From assembly GCF_000284115.1 (NCBI RefSeq), contig NC_017080.1, positions 1,620,001-1,652,000 of the forward strand: DNA of 32,000 nucleotides, read 5' to 3'. Under the pieces are notes generated by a model that saw nothing but the letters and a program-made list of their open reading frames with translations, ran no database searches and was not told where the DNA came from. Made by a program: the position numbers and the translations under genes. Source of the stretch: Phycisphaera mikurensis NBRC 102666 (GTDB lineage Bacteria; Planctomycetota; Phycisphaerae; Phycisphaerales; Phycisphaeraceae). Positions 18,266 through 26,807 of the stretch are shown in pieces (position 1 is the stretch's first letter; each line of letters opens with the position of its first letter).

Positions 18266-18369
18266 GACCCCGGCCCTCACCCCCCGCTTCCTGCTCCTGT
18301 TCGCGACCTCCGCGACGCCTTTCCCTCCGCGATTGGCGAAGCGCTGCCCCGACCCAGCTCCAGAACCCC

Positions 18370-19251
18370 ATGACCGACGACCCGACGACGCTGAAGATCG
18401 GCCTGCCCAAGGGCAGCCTGCAGGACCCCACCGTCGATCTGTTCCGGCGGGCGGGCTACGTGATCGAGGTCAGCAGCCGCAACTACTACCCGCGGATCGA
18501 CGACCCGGCGCTGTCCTGCGTGATGTTCCGCAGTCAGGAGATGAGCCGCTACGTCGAGGACGGCGTCATCGACCTGGGCATCTGCGGGCACGACTGGGTG
18601 GTCGAGAACGGCAGCGACGTGCACGAGGTCTGCGAGCTGAAGTACAGCCGGGCGACGACGCGGCCGGCGCAGTGGGTGCTGGCCGTGCCCGAGGAGTCCG
18701 AGGTCTCCACGCCCGAGCAGCTCGCCGGCGGCATCGTCGCCACCGAGCTCACCGGCACCGTTCGCCGGTACTTCGAGGAAAAGGGCATCGAGCTGCGGAA
18801 GATCGAGTTCAGCTGGGGCGCCACCGAGGTGAAGGCCCGGCTGATCGACGCCATCGTCGACATCACCGAAACCGGCTCGTCGCTCGTGGCCAACAAGCTG
18901 CGGGTCATCGACACGATCCTCACCAGCACCACCCGGCTGATCGCGAACCAGCAGACCTGGGCCGATCCGGCGAAGCGTGCCCGCATCGAGGACCTCGCGC
19001 TGCTGCTGCAGGGGGCCATCGCCGCCCGCGGCCGCGTCGGCCTCAAGCTCAACGTGCCACGCGAGAAGCTCGAAGCCGTGCTGGGGCTGCTGCCCGCCGC
19101 GAAGTCGCCGACGGTGAACGAGCTGGCCGACCCCGCCTGGGTCGCCATCGAGATCATCGTCGAGCGCAGGACCGAGCGCGAACTCGTCCCGCGCCTCCAC
19201 CGCGCCGGCGCCACCGACGTCTTCAGCTACCCGCTGCAGAGCGTCATCTGA
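18370..19251 (+). CDS. hisG: ATP phosphoribosyltransferase, long form, 293 aa
   Basis: The ORF is trimmed to the ATG at 18370. LKIGLPKGSLQDPTVDLFRRAGY ... FRSQEMSRYVEDGVIDLGICGHDWVVE ... DITETGSSLVANKLRVI matches the HisG catalytic domains. A C-terminal regulatory domain is present (VAIEIIVERRTERELVPRLHRAGATDV). Confidence 0.92.
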   Translation: MTDDPTTLKIGLPKGSLQDPTVDLFRRAGYVIEVSSRNYYPRIDDPALSCVMFRSQEMSRYVEDGVIDLGICGHDWVVENGSDVHEVCELKYSRATTRPAQWVLAVPEESEVSTPEQLAGGIVATELTGTVRRYFEEKGIELRKIEFSWGATEVKARLIDAIVDITETGSSLVANKLRVIDTILTSTTRLIANQQTWADPAKRARIEDLALLLQGAIAARGRVGLKLNVPREKLEAVLGLLPAAKSPTVNELADPAWVAIEIIVERRTERELVPRLHRAGATDVFSYPLQSVI

Positions 19252-19326
19252 CGTGCGTCGCCCAAGCGATCCCGCTGGGTCGCCAGGGGGGCGACGCGGC
19301 GGGCGCGCATCGGTCACGATGCCCGG

Positions 19327-20628
19327 ATGGACGCCCTTTTGATCGAGCCGCTCGAACCCTTCACCGCCTCCGTGCTCGTGCCCGGGAGCAAGTCGCTGTC
19401 CAACCGGGCGCTCGTGCTCGCCGCTCTTGCGCAGGGCCGGTCCGAGCTCTCGGGGGTGCTCTTCAGCGACGATTCGCGGGCGATGATGGACGGTCTGGTT
19501 GCGCTGGGCTACGGCCTGGAGATCGACGAGGAGGCCGCGACCGTCGCCGTCGAGGGGCGCGGCCGGCCGCCGGCGGCGGAGGCCGAGCTGTTCTGCGGCA
19601 ACGCCGGCACGGCGATGCGCTTCCTCGCGGCGCTGTGCTGCCTGGGCGCCGGCAGCTACCGGCTCGACGGGATCCAGCGCATGCGGGAGCGGCCCATCGG
19701 CGAGCTCGTCGACCAGCTGCGCGTGCTCGGGGCGGACATCGCTTACGAGGGCGAGGAGGGCTTCCCGCCGCTCCGCATCGAGGGCGCACCGCTCGACCTG
19801 GAGAGCGTCCGCCTGAAGATCGGCACCACGCTGTCGAGCCAGTACGTGTCGGCCCTCCTGCAGATCGGGCCGTACCTGCCCGAAGGGCTCGAGGTCGAGA
19901 TGGTCGGCGAGGAGATCACCTCGCTGCCGTACCTCAAGATGACGCTCAAGCTCATGCGGCAGTTCCGCGTGAAGAGCGAGGCTCACCGCGGCTACCGCGC
20001 CCTCATCGTGCCCAAGAAGCGCTACAGAGCCCAGAAGATGGCGATCGAGCCCGACGCCAGCAACGCCAGCTACTTCCTCGCCGCCGCCGCCGTCGTGCCC
20101 GGGTCCCGCTGCACCGTCGAGGGCCTCGGCAGCAACAGCGTGCAGGGCGACATGCGCTTCTGCGAACTGCTCGGCCGCATGGGTTGCGAGGTCGACCAGC
20201 ACCTCGATCGGACCACGGTCTGGAGGCCCGACGACGGGCGGAAGCTCCGCGGCCTCTCGGTCGACCTCAACGCGATGCCCGACATGGCCCAGACCCTCGC
20301 CGTGGTCGCGCTCTTCGCCGAGGGCCCCACGACGATCGCCAACGTCGGCAACCTCCGCGTGAAGGAGACCGATCGCATGGAAGCCCTGCGCGTGGAGCTG
20401 ACCAAGCTCGGCGCGTCCGTCGGCGTCGTCGGCGACGACCTCACGATCCGCCCCCCCGAGAGCGGGAGGATCACGCCCGCCGCGATCGACACCTACGACG
20501 ACCACCGCATGGCGATGGCCTTCGCCGTCGCCGGCCTCGCTCAGCCCGGCGTCACGATCAACGACCCCGGCTGCGTGAACAAGACCTTCCCGAGGTTCTT
20601 CGAGGTGCTGGAGACGCTCCGCGGCTGA
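19327..20628 (+). CDS. aroA: 3-phosphoshikimate 1-carboxyvinyltransferase (EPSP synthase), 433 aa
   Basis: LVPGSKSLSNRALVLAALAQG, GNAGTAMRFLAA, RMRERPIGELVDQL, LSSQYVSALL, VKETDRMEAL and DDHRMAMAFAVAGL are canonical EPSP synthase motifs. Confidence 0.95.
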   Translation: MDALLIEPLEPFTASVLVPGSKSLSNRALVLAALAQGRSELSGVLFSDDSRAMMDGLVALGYGLEIDEEAATVAVEGRGRPPAAEAELFCGNAGTAMRFLAALCCLGAGSYRLDGIQRMRERPIGELVDQLRVLGADIAYEGEEGFPPLRIEGAPLDLESVRLKIGTTLSSQYVSALLQIGPYLPEGLEVEMVGEEITSLPYLKMTLKLMRQFRVKSEAHRGYRALIVPKKRYRAQKMAIEPDASNASYFLAAAAVVPGSRCTVEGLGSNSVQGDMRFCELLGRMGCEVDQHLDRTTVWRPDDGRKLRGLSVDLNAMPDMAQTLAVVALFAEGPTTIANVGNLRVKETDRMEALRVELTKLGASVGVVGDDLTIRPPESGRITPAAIDTYDDHRMAMAFAVAGLAQPGVTINDPGCVNKTFPRFFEVLETLRG

Positions 20629-20726
20629 GGCCTCGTGATCCTCCGGACACAACAGACACACCTGTGACCTCGACGCCGGGGAACAGCTCCGGGCGGCCCG
20701 CCCCCATCCTCCTCAACCACCGAGAT

Positions 20727-21470
20727 GGGCGTCTTCCGCGGCGCAAGCATCGCCGTGAAGGACCGCGTCGAACAACAGAGCGGCGTCGCCGCTCCGCTCT
20801 CGGAGCCAGCCCCTGGCCGCGGTAGCTGCGTGGCGACGCCACGCTGTCCGAGTCGCCAATGCAGCTCCCTCGCGCACAAGCCAGACAGAGCGGCGTCGCC
20901 GCTCAGCTCTCGAAGCCAACGGCGCCACGCCGTCCGCGTCCCCGTCCAGCTTCTTCGCGCACAAGCCAGACAGAGCGGCGTCGCCGCTCAGCTCTCGAAG
21001 CCAACGGCGCCACGCTGTCCGCGTCCCCATCCAGCGTCTTCGCGCACAAGCCAGACAGAGCGGCGTCGCCGCTCAGCTCTCGAAGCCAACGGCGCCACGC
21101 CGTCCGCGTCCCCGTCCAGCGTCTTCGCGCACAAGCCAGACAGAGCGGCGTCGCCGCTCAGCTCTCGAAGCCAACGGCGCCACGCCGTCCGCGTCCCCGT
21201 CCAGCGTCTTCGCGCACAAGCCAGACAGAGCGGCGTCGCCGCTCAGCTCTCGGAGCCAACGGCGCCACGCCGTCCGCGTCCCCATCCAGCGTCTTCGCGC
21301 ACAAGCCAGACAGAGCGGCGTCGCCGCTCAGCTCTCGGAGCCAGCCTGGCCGCGGTAGCTGCGTGGCGACGCCACGCTGTCCGAGCCGCGATCCAGCTCC
21401 CTCGCGCACAAGCCAGACAGAGCGGCGTCGCCGCTCCGCTCGCGCGGGCGGCCTGGCCGCGATCGGGTCG
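20727..21470. repeat. tandem repeat array of five near-identical 85-bp units, flanked by 105-107-bp variant units and degenerate partial units
   Basis: The anchor acaagccagacagagcggcgtcgccgct recurs at 20876, 20961, 21046, 21131, 21216 and 21301, with exact 85-bp spacing, and again at 21408. A variant of it (acaacagagcggcgtcgccgct) occurs at 20771. The units starting at 21046 and 21131 are identical, and the others differ by 1-3 substitutions. Each unit carries the palindromes gagcggcg-t-cgccgctc and acggcg-cca-cgccgt. The long variants carry gcgtggcg-a-cgccacgc instead. Confidence 0.95.
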
Positions 21471-21539
21471 GATCCGCGTGGCGGCGAAGGCTCCGGGGAA
21501 CCCCGAACGCTCGGGCTCCGGCCTCCGTACGATCCGCTC

Positions 21540-21953
21540 ATGAGACGCACGACGAGAAACGGGGCCTTCACGCTCATCGAGATCATGGTGGTGGTGATCG
21601 TGATCGGCGTGCTGTCGGCGCTGATCCTGCCGTCCTTCCTGGGCCGGGCGGAGAAGGCCCGGGTGGCGACCGCGAAGCAGCAGATCAGCGTGCTGGAGAC
21701 GGCGATCACGCTGTTCCAGAGCGACTACGCCCGCTTCCCCGACACGCTGGACGAGCTTGTGGAGAAGCCCTCGGACATCGACGAAGCGCAGTGGACGCCG
21801 CCGACGATCAAGGAGAAGAACCTCGAGGACCCCTGGGGCAACCGCTTCGTCTACCGGCAGCCCGGGGACAACGGCCCGTTCGATCTGCTCTCGATGGGCG
21901 CGGACGGGGTCGTCGGGGGCGAGGGCGACGGCGCGGACGTGGTGAACTGGTGA
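21540..21953 (+). CDS. gspG: type II secretion major pseudopilin GspG-like, 137 aa
   Basis: MRRTTRNGAFTLIEIMVVVIVIGVLSALILPSFLGRAEKARVATAKQQISVLETAITLF is a prepilin-type N-terminal methylation domain followed by the GspG-typical helix. The C-terminal DPWGNRFVY....GPFDLLSMGADG matches the GspG DPWGxxY ... S.G.DG signature. Confidence 0.9.
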   Translation: MRRTTRNGAFTLIEIMVVVIVIGVLSALILPSFLGRAEKARVATAKQQISVLETAITLFQSDYARFPDTLDELVEKPSDIDEAQWTPPTIKEKNLEDPWGNRFVYRQPGDNGPFDLLSMGADGVVGGEGDGADVVNW

Positions 21954-22552
21954 GAAGCCAAGCGACGGAGCACGCCGTGGCGTTGCGCTGCACACCGCGG
22001 CGTGCCGACCGCCGCCACGCCCCCGCCTTCACCCTCATCGAGGTGATGGTGGTGGTGATCGTGGTGGTTGTGCTCGCGGGCCTGGCGGCACCGATGCTCG
22101 GGCAGCGGCGGGCGGCGGCGGAGCTGGCGGCGGCGGCGCGGCGGGTGGCCCAAGCGGCGCAGCTGGGGCGGCAGGAGGCGGCGCGGACGCGCGCGGAGGT
22201 GCGGCTGGTGGTGGGGCGGGAGGCGGAGAATGCCTGGACGCTCGAGACCGACGGCGACGAGGGGCCGGACGGGCCGCCGGTGCCGGTGCGGCGCGGCGGC
22301 CTGGGCGGGGGCACGCTGCCGGCGGGCCTGGCCTTCGCGGGCGTGGAGGCGGCGCCGGGTGCGGGAGCGGACGAGGATCCCGCCGGCGACACGGTGCGTT
22401 TCCTCGCGGGCGGCGGGGCGACGGCGGCGGCGGTGCGGCTGACCGGGCCGGCGGGCACGCGGGCGGTGCGGATCCACCCCAGCGGCCGGGTCGAGGTGGC
22501 GGCGGAGGCGGCGGGCCCGCCGGGGGGGAGGGTGGATCTTGACCTCGACTAG
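21950..22552 (+). CDS. minor pseudopilin, GspH-like, about 200 aa
   Basis: The GTG at 21950 overlaps the gspG stop as GTGA. The prepilin-type segment is HAPAFTLIEVMVVVIVVVVLAGLAAPML, followed by AAELAAAARRVAQAAQLGRQEAARTRAEVRLVV, which is GspH-like. The start is uncertain, because the leader would be unusually long at about 25 aa. Confidence 0.6.
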   Translation: MRSQATEHAVALRCTPRRADRRHAPAFTLIEVMVVVIVVVVLAGLAAPMLGQRRAAAELAAAARRVAQAAQLGRQEAARTRAEVRLVVGREAENAWTLETDGDEGPDGPPVPVRRGGLGGGTLPAGLAFAGVEAAPGAGADEDPAGDTVRFLAGGGATAAAVRLTGPAGTRAVRIHPSGRVEVAAEAAGPPGGRVDLDLD

Positions 22553-22976
22553 CGCGAAGCGGCCCGCCCGCTCCCGGGCCTTCTCGCTGGTCGAGGTCCT
22601 CCTCGCCGGCGTGCTCCTCGCCCTCTTCGGTGCCGCGCTCGCCTCCTCGGTGGGCCAGGCCGCCGACGCCCGCGCCCGCTCGGCCGCGGATCGCGCGGCG
22701 GCGGAGGCGCTGGAGGACGTGCTGACCCGGGTCGACCTGCTCGGTCCGCGGCGGCTGGAGCGGGAGGGGCCCACCGAGGGGGAGCTCGCGATCGGCGGGA
22801 TGCCCTGGGCGTGGGGGCTGGAGATCACGCAGCGGCCCGCCTCGGACCTCTTCGAGGTGAAGGCGACGGCGCGGCCGGGCGGCGAGACGACGGGGGCCGA
22901 GCGGGTGGCCCACACGCTGCTGATGGACCCGGTGGGCTGGCGTGACGCGTCGTACCGGTGGGAGGACCTGGATTGA
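22539..22976 (+). CDS. minor pseudopilin, GspI-like, 145 aa
   Basis: The TTG start at 22539 overlaps the upstream gene by 14 nt. The prepilin-type segment is RSRAFSLVEVLLAGVLLALFGAALASSV. Its small size and its position between the H-like and J-like genes fit GspI. Confidence 0.6.
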   Translation: MTSTSAKRPARSRAFSLVEVLLAGVLLALFGAALASSVGQAADARARSAADRAAAEALEDVLTRVDLLGPRRLEREGPTEGELAIGGMPWAWGLEITQRPASDLFEVKATARPGGETTGAERVAHTLLMDPVGWRDASYRWEDLD

Positions 22977-23665
22977 GCGGCGTCGGCCGCCGAGCGGGAC
23001 GCGCCGGCTTCACGCTCGTCGAGCTGCTGGTCGTCGCCGTCGTGGGCGCGGTGGTGGTGGGGGCGGCGGCCGCCTTCTTCGCCCAGGCGGCGGCGGCCCG
23101 CGAGCGGGTGGACGCGGCGGTGGAGGTGGGGGCCGAGGCGGACGCGGCGCTGGCGGCGGTGGTGGACGCGGTCCGCGGGGCGGTGCGGCCGGTGGCCGGG
23201 GCGGGGCCGCCGGCGTCGCTGGAGGACGACCCCGGCGGGGTGCGCTTCGAGCTGGAGCCCGGGGGCGAGGGCGCCGGCGACGCCGCGGCGAGCCGGCTCA
23301 CGCTCAACGCGTGGTCGGCGGAGCCGGTGCGTCCGGGGCGGGCGGAGTCGGACTGGCAGGAGACCGAGCTGTACCTGGAAGCGGATGGCGAGGATCCCCT
23401 GGCCCCGCCCTCGCTGAAGCGTCGCCGCGACCCGACGCTGCGGGCCGTCGAGGCCGGCGAGCCGGGAGGCGTCGTGGAGACGGTCGCCGCGGGCGTGGTC
23501 GGCTTCTCCGTCCGCGTCTTCGACGGCGAGGACTGGCAGGAGGCCTGGCCGCCGGTCGAGGACCCGCGGCCGCGGCTGCCCGAGGCGGTGCGGGTGAGCC
23601 TGACGGTCGTCGGGAGCGACGGGCGGTCGGTCTCGCGGGAGCGGCTGATCGGGGGCCTGCGGTGA
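22973..23665 (+). CDS. minor pseudopilin, GspJ-like, about 230 aa
   Basis: The canonical prepilin site is GRAG|FTLVELLVVAVVGAVVVGAAAAFF. The TTG at 22973 overlaps the upstream stop as TTGA. An in-frame GTG at 22958 is an alternative start. The C-terminal LPEAVRVSLTV is GspJ-like. Confidence 0.62.
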   Translation: MSGVGRRAGRAGFTLVELLVVAVVGAVVVGAAAAFFAQAAAARERVDAAVEVGAEADAALAAVVDAVRGAVRPVAGAGPPASLEDDPGGVRFELEPGGEGAGDAAASRLTLNAWSAEPVRPGRAESDWQETELYLEADGEDPLAPPSLKRRRDPTLRAVEAGEPGGVVETVAAGVVGFSVRVFDGEDWQEAWPPVEDPRPRLPEAVRVSLTVVGSDGRSVSRERLIGGLR

Positions 23666-24876
23666 GGCGGTCCCCCGCTCGCGGCGCGGCGTTGCTGATC
23701 GTGCTCTGGCTCCTGCTCCTGCTCGGCCTCGTCGTGCTCGGCCTCAACCGCGGTAGCCAGCTGCTGGCCGGCGAGTCGGGCGCGGCGGTGGGCGCGGTGC
23801 AGGCGCGCTGGGCGGCGCGGGCCGGCCTGGAGCAGGTGCTCGAGCGGCTGGAGACGGACCTCTCCCCCGAGGACGGCCCGGCCGATGCGTGGTGGGACGA
23901 CCCGGAGGCTTTCGAAGAGGTCGAGCTCGCCCCCGGCTTCGCGTTCACCGTCTCCACGCCCGGCCTCGCCGAGGGCAGCGTCCGCTTCGGCCCGGCCGAC
24001 CTGAGCGGGCGGCTGCCGATCAACGCGGCGACCCTCGGGCAGATCGACGCGTTGCCGACGGTGAGCGAGGAGAACGCCGGCGCCATCGTCGATTGGCGTG
24101 ACGCCAACGACGACCCGAGCCCCGGCGGCGCCGAGCGTGCGGCGTACGACGCGCTGGAGCTGCCGACCGACATCCGCAACGGCCCCTTCCGCACCGTGGC
24201 CGAGCTGCGGCTGGTCGAGGGCGTCGACGGCTTCGCCTACGCCGGTGATCCGGCCGCGGGCGTCGCGGGCCTCGCCGACCTCACGACGCCCTACAGCTAC
24301 GACCCCGACACCACGCCGTCGGGTCAGGAGAAGATCCGGCTGGACCGGCTCGAGGCGAGCACGCTCCGCGAGCGCTACCGCTTCACCCGGGGCCTGGCCG
24401 ACGCGGTGGCGGAAGAGGACGACGTCCGGAGCGTCTTCGATCTCGTCGGGCTCGACGGCGGCGGCGGGGGGGAGCGGGGCGAGATCGACGAGATTGGCTT
24501 CCAGTGGGCGGCGGACCGTGTGGAGGACTTCGTCGCCGCGGACGACGCCGACGAGGAGCGGGGGCCCGGGCGCGTCAACGTCAACACGGCGCCGCTCGCG
24601 GTGCTCGAGGCGATCCTCGGGCCCGACGTCGCCGCCGACGTCGCAGCCGGTCGGACCTCCGCGGGCTTCGCCTCGCTGGGCGACCTCACCAGGCAGAGCC
24701 TCGTGCCCGAGGACGATTTCGAGGCGGCGGCGGCCGGGCTCACCGTCCGGTCCCGCGTCTTCGGGGTCACCTCCTCCGGCACGGCACCCGGCGGCCGCAC
24801 GGCGACGCTGCGTGCGGTGGTCGATCGCGGGGCGGCGGGGGAGCGGCCGGTCGTGCGGTGGTTGCACGATCGGTGA
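23662..24876 (+). CDS. gspK: type II secretion minor pseudopilin GspK-like, 404 aa
   Basis: The GTG at 23662 overlaps the upstream stop as GTGA. RGAALLIVLWLLLLLGLVVLGL is the GspK-type N-terminus, which lacks Glu5. The helix-hairpin-helix-like segments typical of GspK are present: LPINAATLGQIDALP, GPFRTVAELRLVEGV and RVNVNTAPLAVLEAILG. Confidence 0.8.
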   Translation: MRRSPARGAALLIVLWLLLLLGLVVLGLNRGSQLLAGESGAAVGAVQARWAARAGLEQVLERLETDLSPEDGPADAWWDDPEAFEEVELAPGFAFTVSTPGLAEGSVRFGPADLSGRLPINAATLGQIDALPTVSEENAGAIVDWRDANDDPSPGGAERAAYDALELPTDIRNGPFRTVAELRLVEGVDGFAYAGDPAAGVAGLADLTTPYSYDPDTTPSGQEKIRLDRLEASTLRERYRFTRGLADAVAEEDDVRSVFDLVGLDGGGGGERGEIDEIGFQWAADRVEDFVAADDADEERGPGRVNVNTAPLAVLEAILGPDVAADVAAGRTSAGFASLGDLTRQSLVPEDDFEAAAAGLTVRSRVFGVTSSGTAPGGRTATLRAVVDRGAAGERPVVRWLHDR

Positions 24877-24921
24877 ATCCCCGGCCCGCTCCGCCCGCCG
24901 CCGCACTACCTTCACCCGCTC

Positions 24922-26268
24922 ATGGCCCGGCTCTTCTCGCTCGGAACCTCGAAGCGCGTGCCTCCTGCGGGTGTCGCGGGCGGTGTGCGGGTGGCGCTCG
25001 CGGGGGCCTGGCCCGCTTGGACGGCGGCGGAGCCCGCCGGTGACGGACCGGCGGTGACGGGTCTGGGGCCCGGGCGGGTCCGGGTGAAGCGGGTGACGCT
25101 CCCGCCGGCCGCGGCGCCCGCGGCGGCGGGTGCCGCGGCCCTGCAGGCGGAGGGCCTGCTCCCCGAGGGCGTCACCGGCGACACCGCGGCCGGCGAGGCC
25201 GACGCCGGCCACCGCGTCTGGATCGCGGCGGTGTCGGCCGCGTCGCGCGGCGGCGTCGGCGGCCCGGTGGCCGACGCCGCGACGGGCCTCGCGGCGCTGC
25301 TCGCCAGCGACCTGGGGCTGCGGCACACCGCCGCCGAGCGGCTGGAGGCCGGCGTGCTGCTGCTCGCCGCCGAGGCCGGCCGTGTGCAGGGTGTGCGGCT
25401 GGACGCGAGCGGGCCGGCGGAGTCGGTGGTGGTCGACGCGGACGACGGCTGGGCCGCGGCCCTGGCGGATCGGCTCGACGGCCCGTTCGTGACCGCCGTC
25501 GCCGTGGGCGAGCCGGTCGCCGGCGGCGTTTGGCCGGGCGTCGTGAGCTTGGACCCCGGTGAAGCTCTCGCCCGCGGCGCGCCGGCCCTGGAGGGCGCCG
25601 GCTGGCGGGCGGCGGGCGCCGCGGCCGCCGCGGCGTTGCCGTCGCTGCCGGTCCTCGGGGCCGACCCCCAGCAGGAGGACGACGGCCGCGGCGCACCGCC
25701 GCCGAGGCTCTGGATCGCTGCGGCCGCGGCCGTCGTGGTCGGCCTGGTCGCCCTCGCCGCCGCCGACCTTTCCGCCGCCGCTCGTCTGGACGAGGCGCTC
25801 GCCGCGCGGCCGGAGCTGGCGGAGGCCCAGGCCGAGCTCGCCGCGGACACCGCCCGCTTCGCGTGGCTCGAGAGCGGCGGCCCCACGCCGCTGGCGGTCC
25901 TCGACGAGCTGACGGCGCTCTCCGGCGGCGTCGTGCCCGCGAAGATCGTGGTCGGTGCGGGCAAGATCACGCTGGAGGGCTCCGTGCAGGAGGCCTCGGC
26001 CCTGGACGGCTTCGTCGACCGGCTCGCCGGTGCAGAGACCTTCACGGCCGTCAAGGTCCAGCAGTCCGAGAAGGTCGGCGACAACGAGCTGAAGTACGTG
26101 CTGAACGCCGTGCCGGTGGATCGCTTCTACGACGCCTTTGTCCCCGCTCCCGCGGGTGAGGAGGGGGACGGCGAGGAGGAGCGGCCCGGCCGCGATAGGC
26201 AAGACGCGGGAGCCCCGGACGCCGTCAACGCCGCCGAACCCGACGGTTCCACCGGAGGCGCCGAGTGA
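24922..26268 (+). CDS. bitopic assembly-platform protein, GspL-like (or a PilM/PilN-like fusion), 448 aa
   Basis: The ATG is at 24922. The protein has an Ala/Gly-rich cytoplasmic part of about 265 aa, a single TM helix LWIAAAAAVVVGLVALAAADL, a coiled segment, and a periplasmic alpha/beta domain (KITLEGSVQEASALDGFVDRLAGAETFTAVKVQQSEKVGDNELKYVLN). The topology and its position after gspK fit GspL. No diagnostic motif was recognised. Confidence 0.5.
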   Translation: MARLFSLGTSKRVPPAGVAGGVRVALAGAWPAWTAAEPAGDGPAVTGLGPGRVRVKRVTLPPAAAPAAAGAAALQAEGLLPEGVTGDTAAGEADAGHRVWIAAVSAASRGGVGGPVADAATGLAALLASDLGLRHTAAERLEAGVLLLAAEAGRVQGVRLDASGPAESVVVDADDGWAAALADRLDGPFVTAVAVGEPVAGGVWPGVVSLDPGEALARGAPALEGAGWRAAGAAAAAALPSLPVLGADPQQEDDGRGAPPPRLWIAAAAAVVVGLVALAAADLSAAARLDEALAARPELAEAQAELAADTARFAWLESGGPTPLAVLDELTALSGGVVPAKIVVGAGKITLEGSVQEASALDGFVDRLAGAETFTAVKVQQSEKVGDNELKYVLNAVPVDRFYDAFVPAPAGEEGDGEEERPGRDRQDAGAPDAVNAAEPDGSTGGAE

Positions 26269-26807
26269 ACGCCCGCGAGAAGCGTGTGGTGATTGCCGGG
26301 GCCGCGTTGCTGCTGGTCGGCGTCGCGTGGCGCGGCGGCGGGGCCGAAGCGATCGGCCGGTGGGGCGACGCCCGCGCCCGGCTCGCCGCCGAGGGCGACC
26401 GCGTGGCCGAGCTCGGCCGCCGGGCCGAGCAACGCGACGCGGTCGCCGGGCGGCTGCGCCAGCGGCTGGGCCCGGGCGCCGCCGCCGCCCCGGCCCCGCT
26501 GGTCGAGGTCCAGGCCGCGTACCCGGCCGAGGTGCGGGCAGCGCTCGGCGACGCCGGCCTGGGCGTGGAGAGCGTCGCGGTGCAGGGCATCGAGCGGGTG
26601 AAGAACCTCGGCAGCGTCGAGCTGGTCCGCGTGCGGGTGCAGGGCGAAGCGGACGGGACGGACCTGCCCGCCGTGCTCGCCGCGACGCGGGCGGTGCCGC
26701 GGCCGACGCGGGTGGAAGAGATCCAGCTCGAACGCCAAGACGGGGACGGCTGGGGCGTCCGGTTGCGGCTGGCGACGCCGGCGCTGCGGTCCGGGGGCGA
26801 CCGATGA
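26265..26807 (+). CDS. GspM/PilO-like inner-membrane platform protein, 180 aa
   Basis: The GTG at 26265 overlaps the upstream stop as GTGA. The protein has an N-terminal TM helix (RVVIAGAALLLVGVAW), a coiled region, and a C-terminal ferredoxin-like pattern (VELVRVRVQGEADGTDLPAVLAATRAV...RVEEIQLER). The call rests on topology, size and gene order. Confidence 0.45.
   Translation: MNAREKRVVIAGAALLLVGVAWRGGGAEAIGRWGDARARLAAEGDRVAELGRRAEQRDAVAGRLRQRLGPGAAAAPAPLVEVQAAYPAEVRAALGDAGLGVESVAVQGIERVKNLGSVELVRVRVQGEADGTDLPAVLAATRAVPRPTRVEEIQLERQDGDGWGVRLRLATPALRSGGDR

Noticed and set aside
16554-18431. A 625-aa minus-strand ORF antisense to rbfA and the HhH-GPD-like gene. There are similar antisense ORFs at 13139-15163, 11206-13377, 18277-20661 and 8954-11083.
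   Set aside because: These are opposite well-supported genes (rbfA, infB, nusA, hisG/aroA and the GldG-like gene). The translations are repetitive Arg/Gly/Pro/Asp-rich with no motifs. They are high-GC artefacts.
19279-19295. A small hairpin, gtcgcc-agggg-ggcgac, after the hisG stop.
   Set aside because: It has a 6-bp stem and no U-tract. Such hairpins arise frequently by chance in DNA this GC-rich.
20727-21470. A possible CRISPR array.
   Set aside because: The entire 85-bp unit repeats, with no unique spacers between short repeats. The unit length is far from the 28-37-bp CRISPR repeat size, and no cas genes are nearby.
20725-21953. Long plus-strand ORFs (272 aa and 364 aa) and several minus-strand ORFs crossing the tandem repeat. 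These could be read as a repetitive protein or as an N-terminal extension of GspG.
   Set aside because: The 85-bp period is not divisible by 3, so each successive unit is read in a different frame. All frames are open simply because of GC content. GspG has its own ATG at 21540, directly before a standard prepilin leader.
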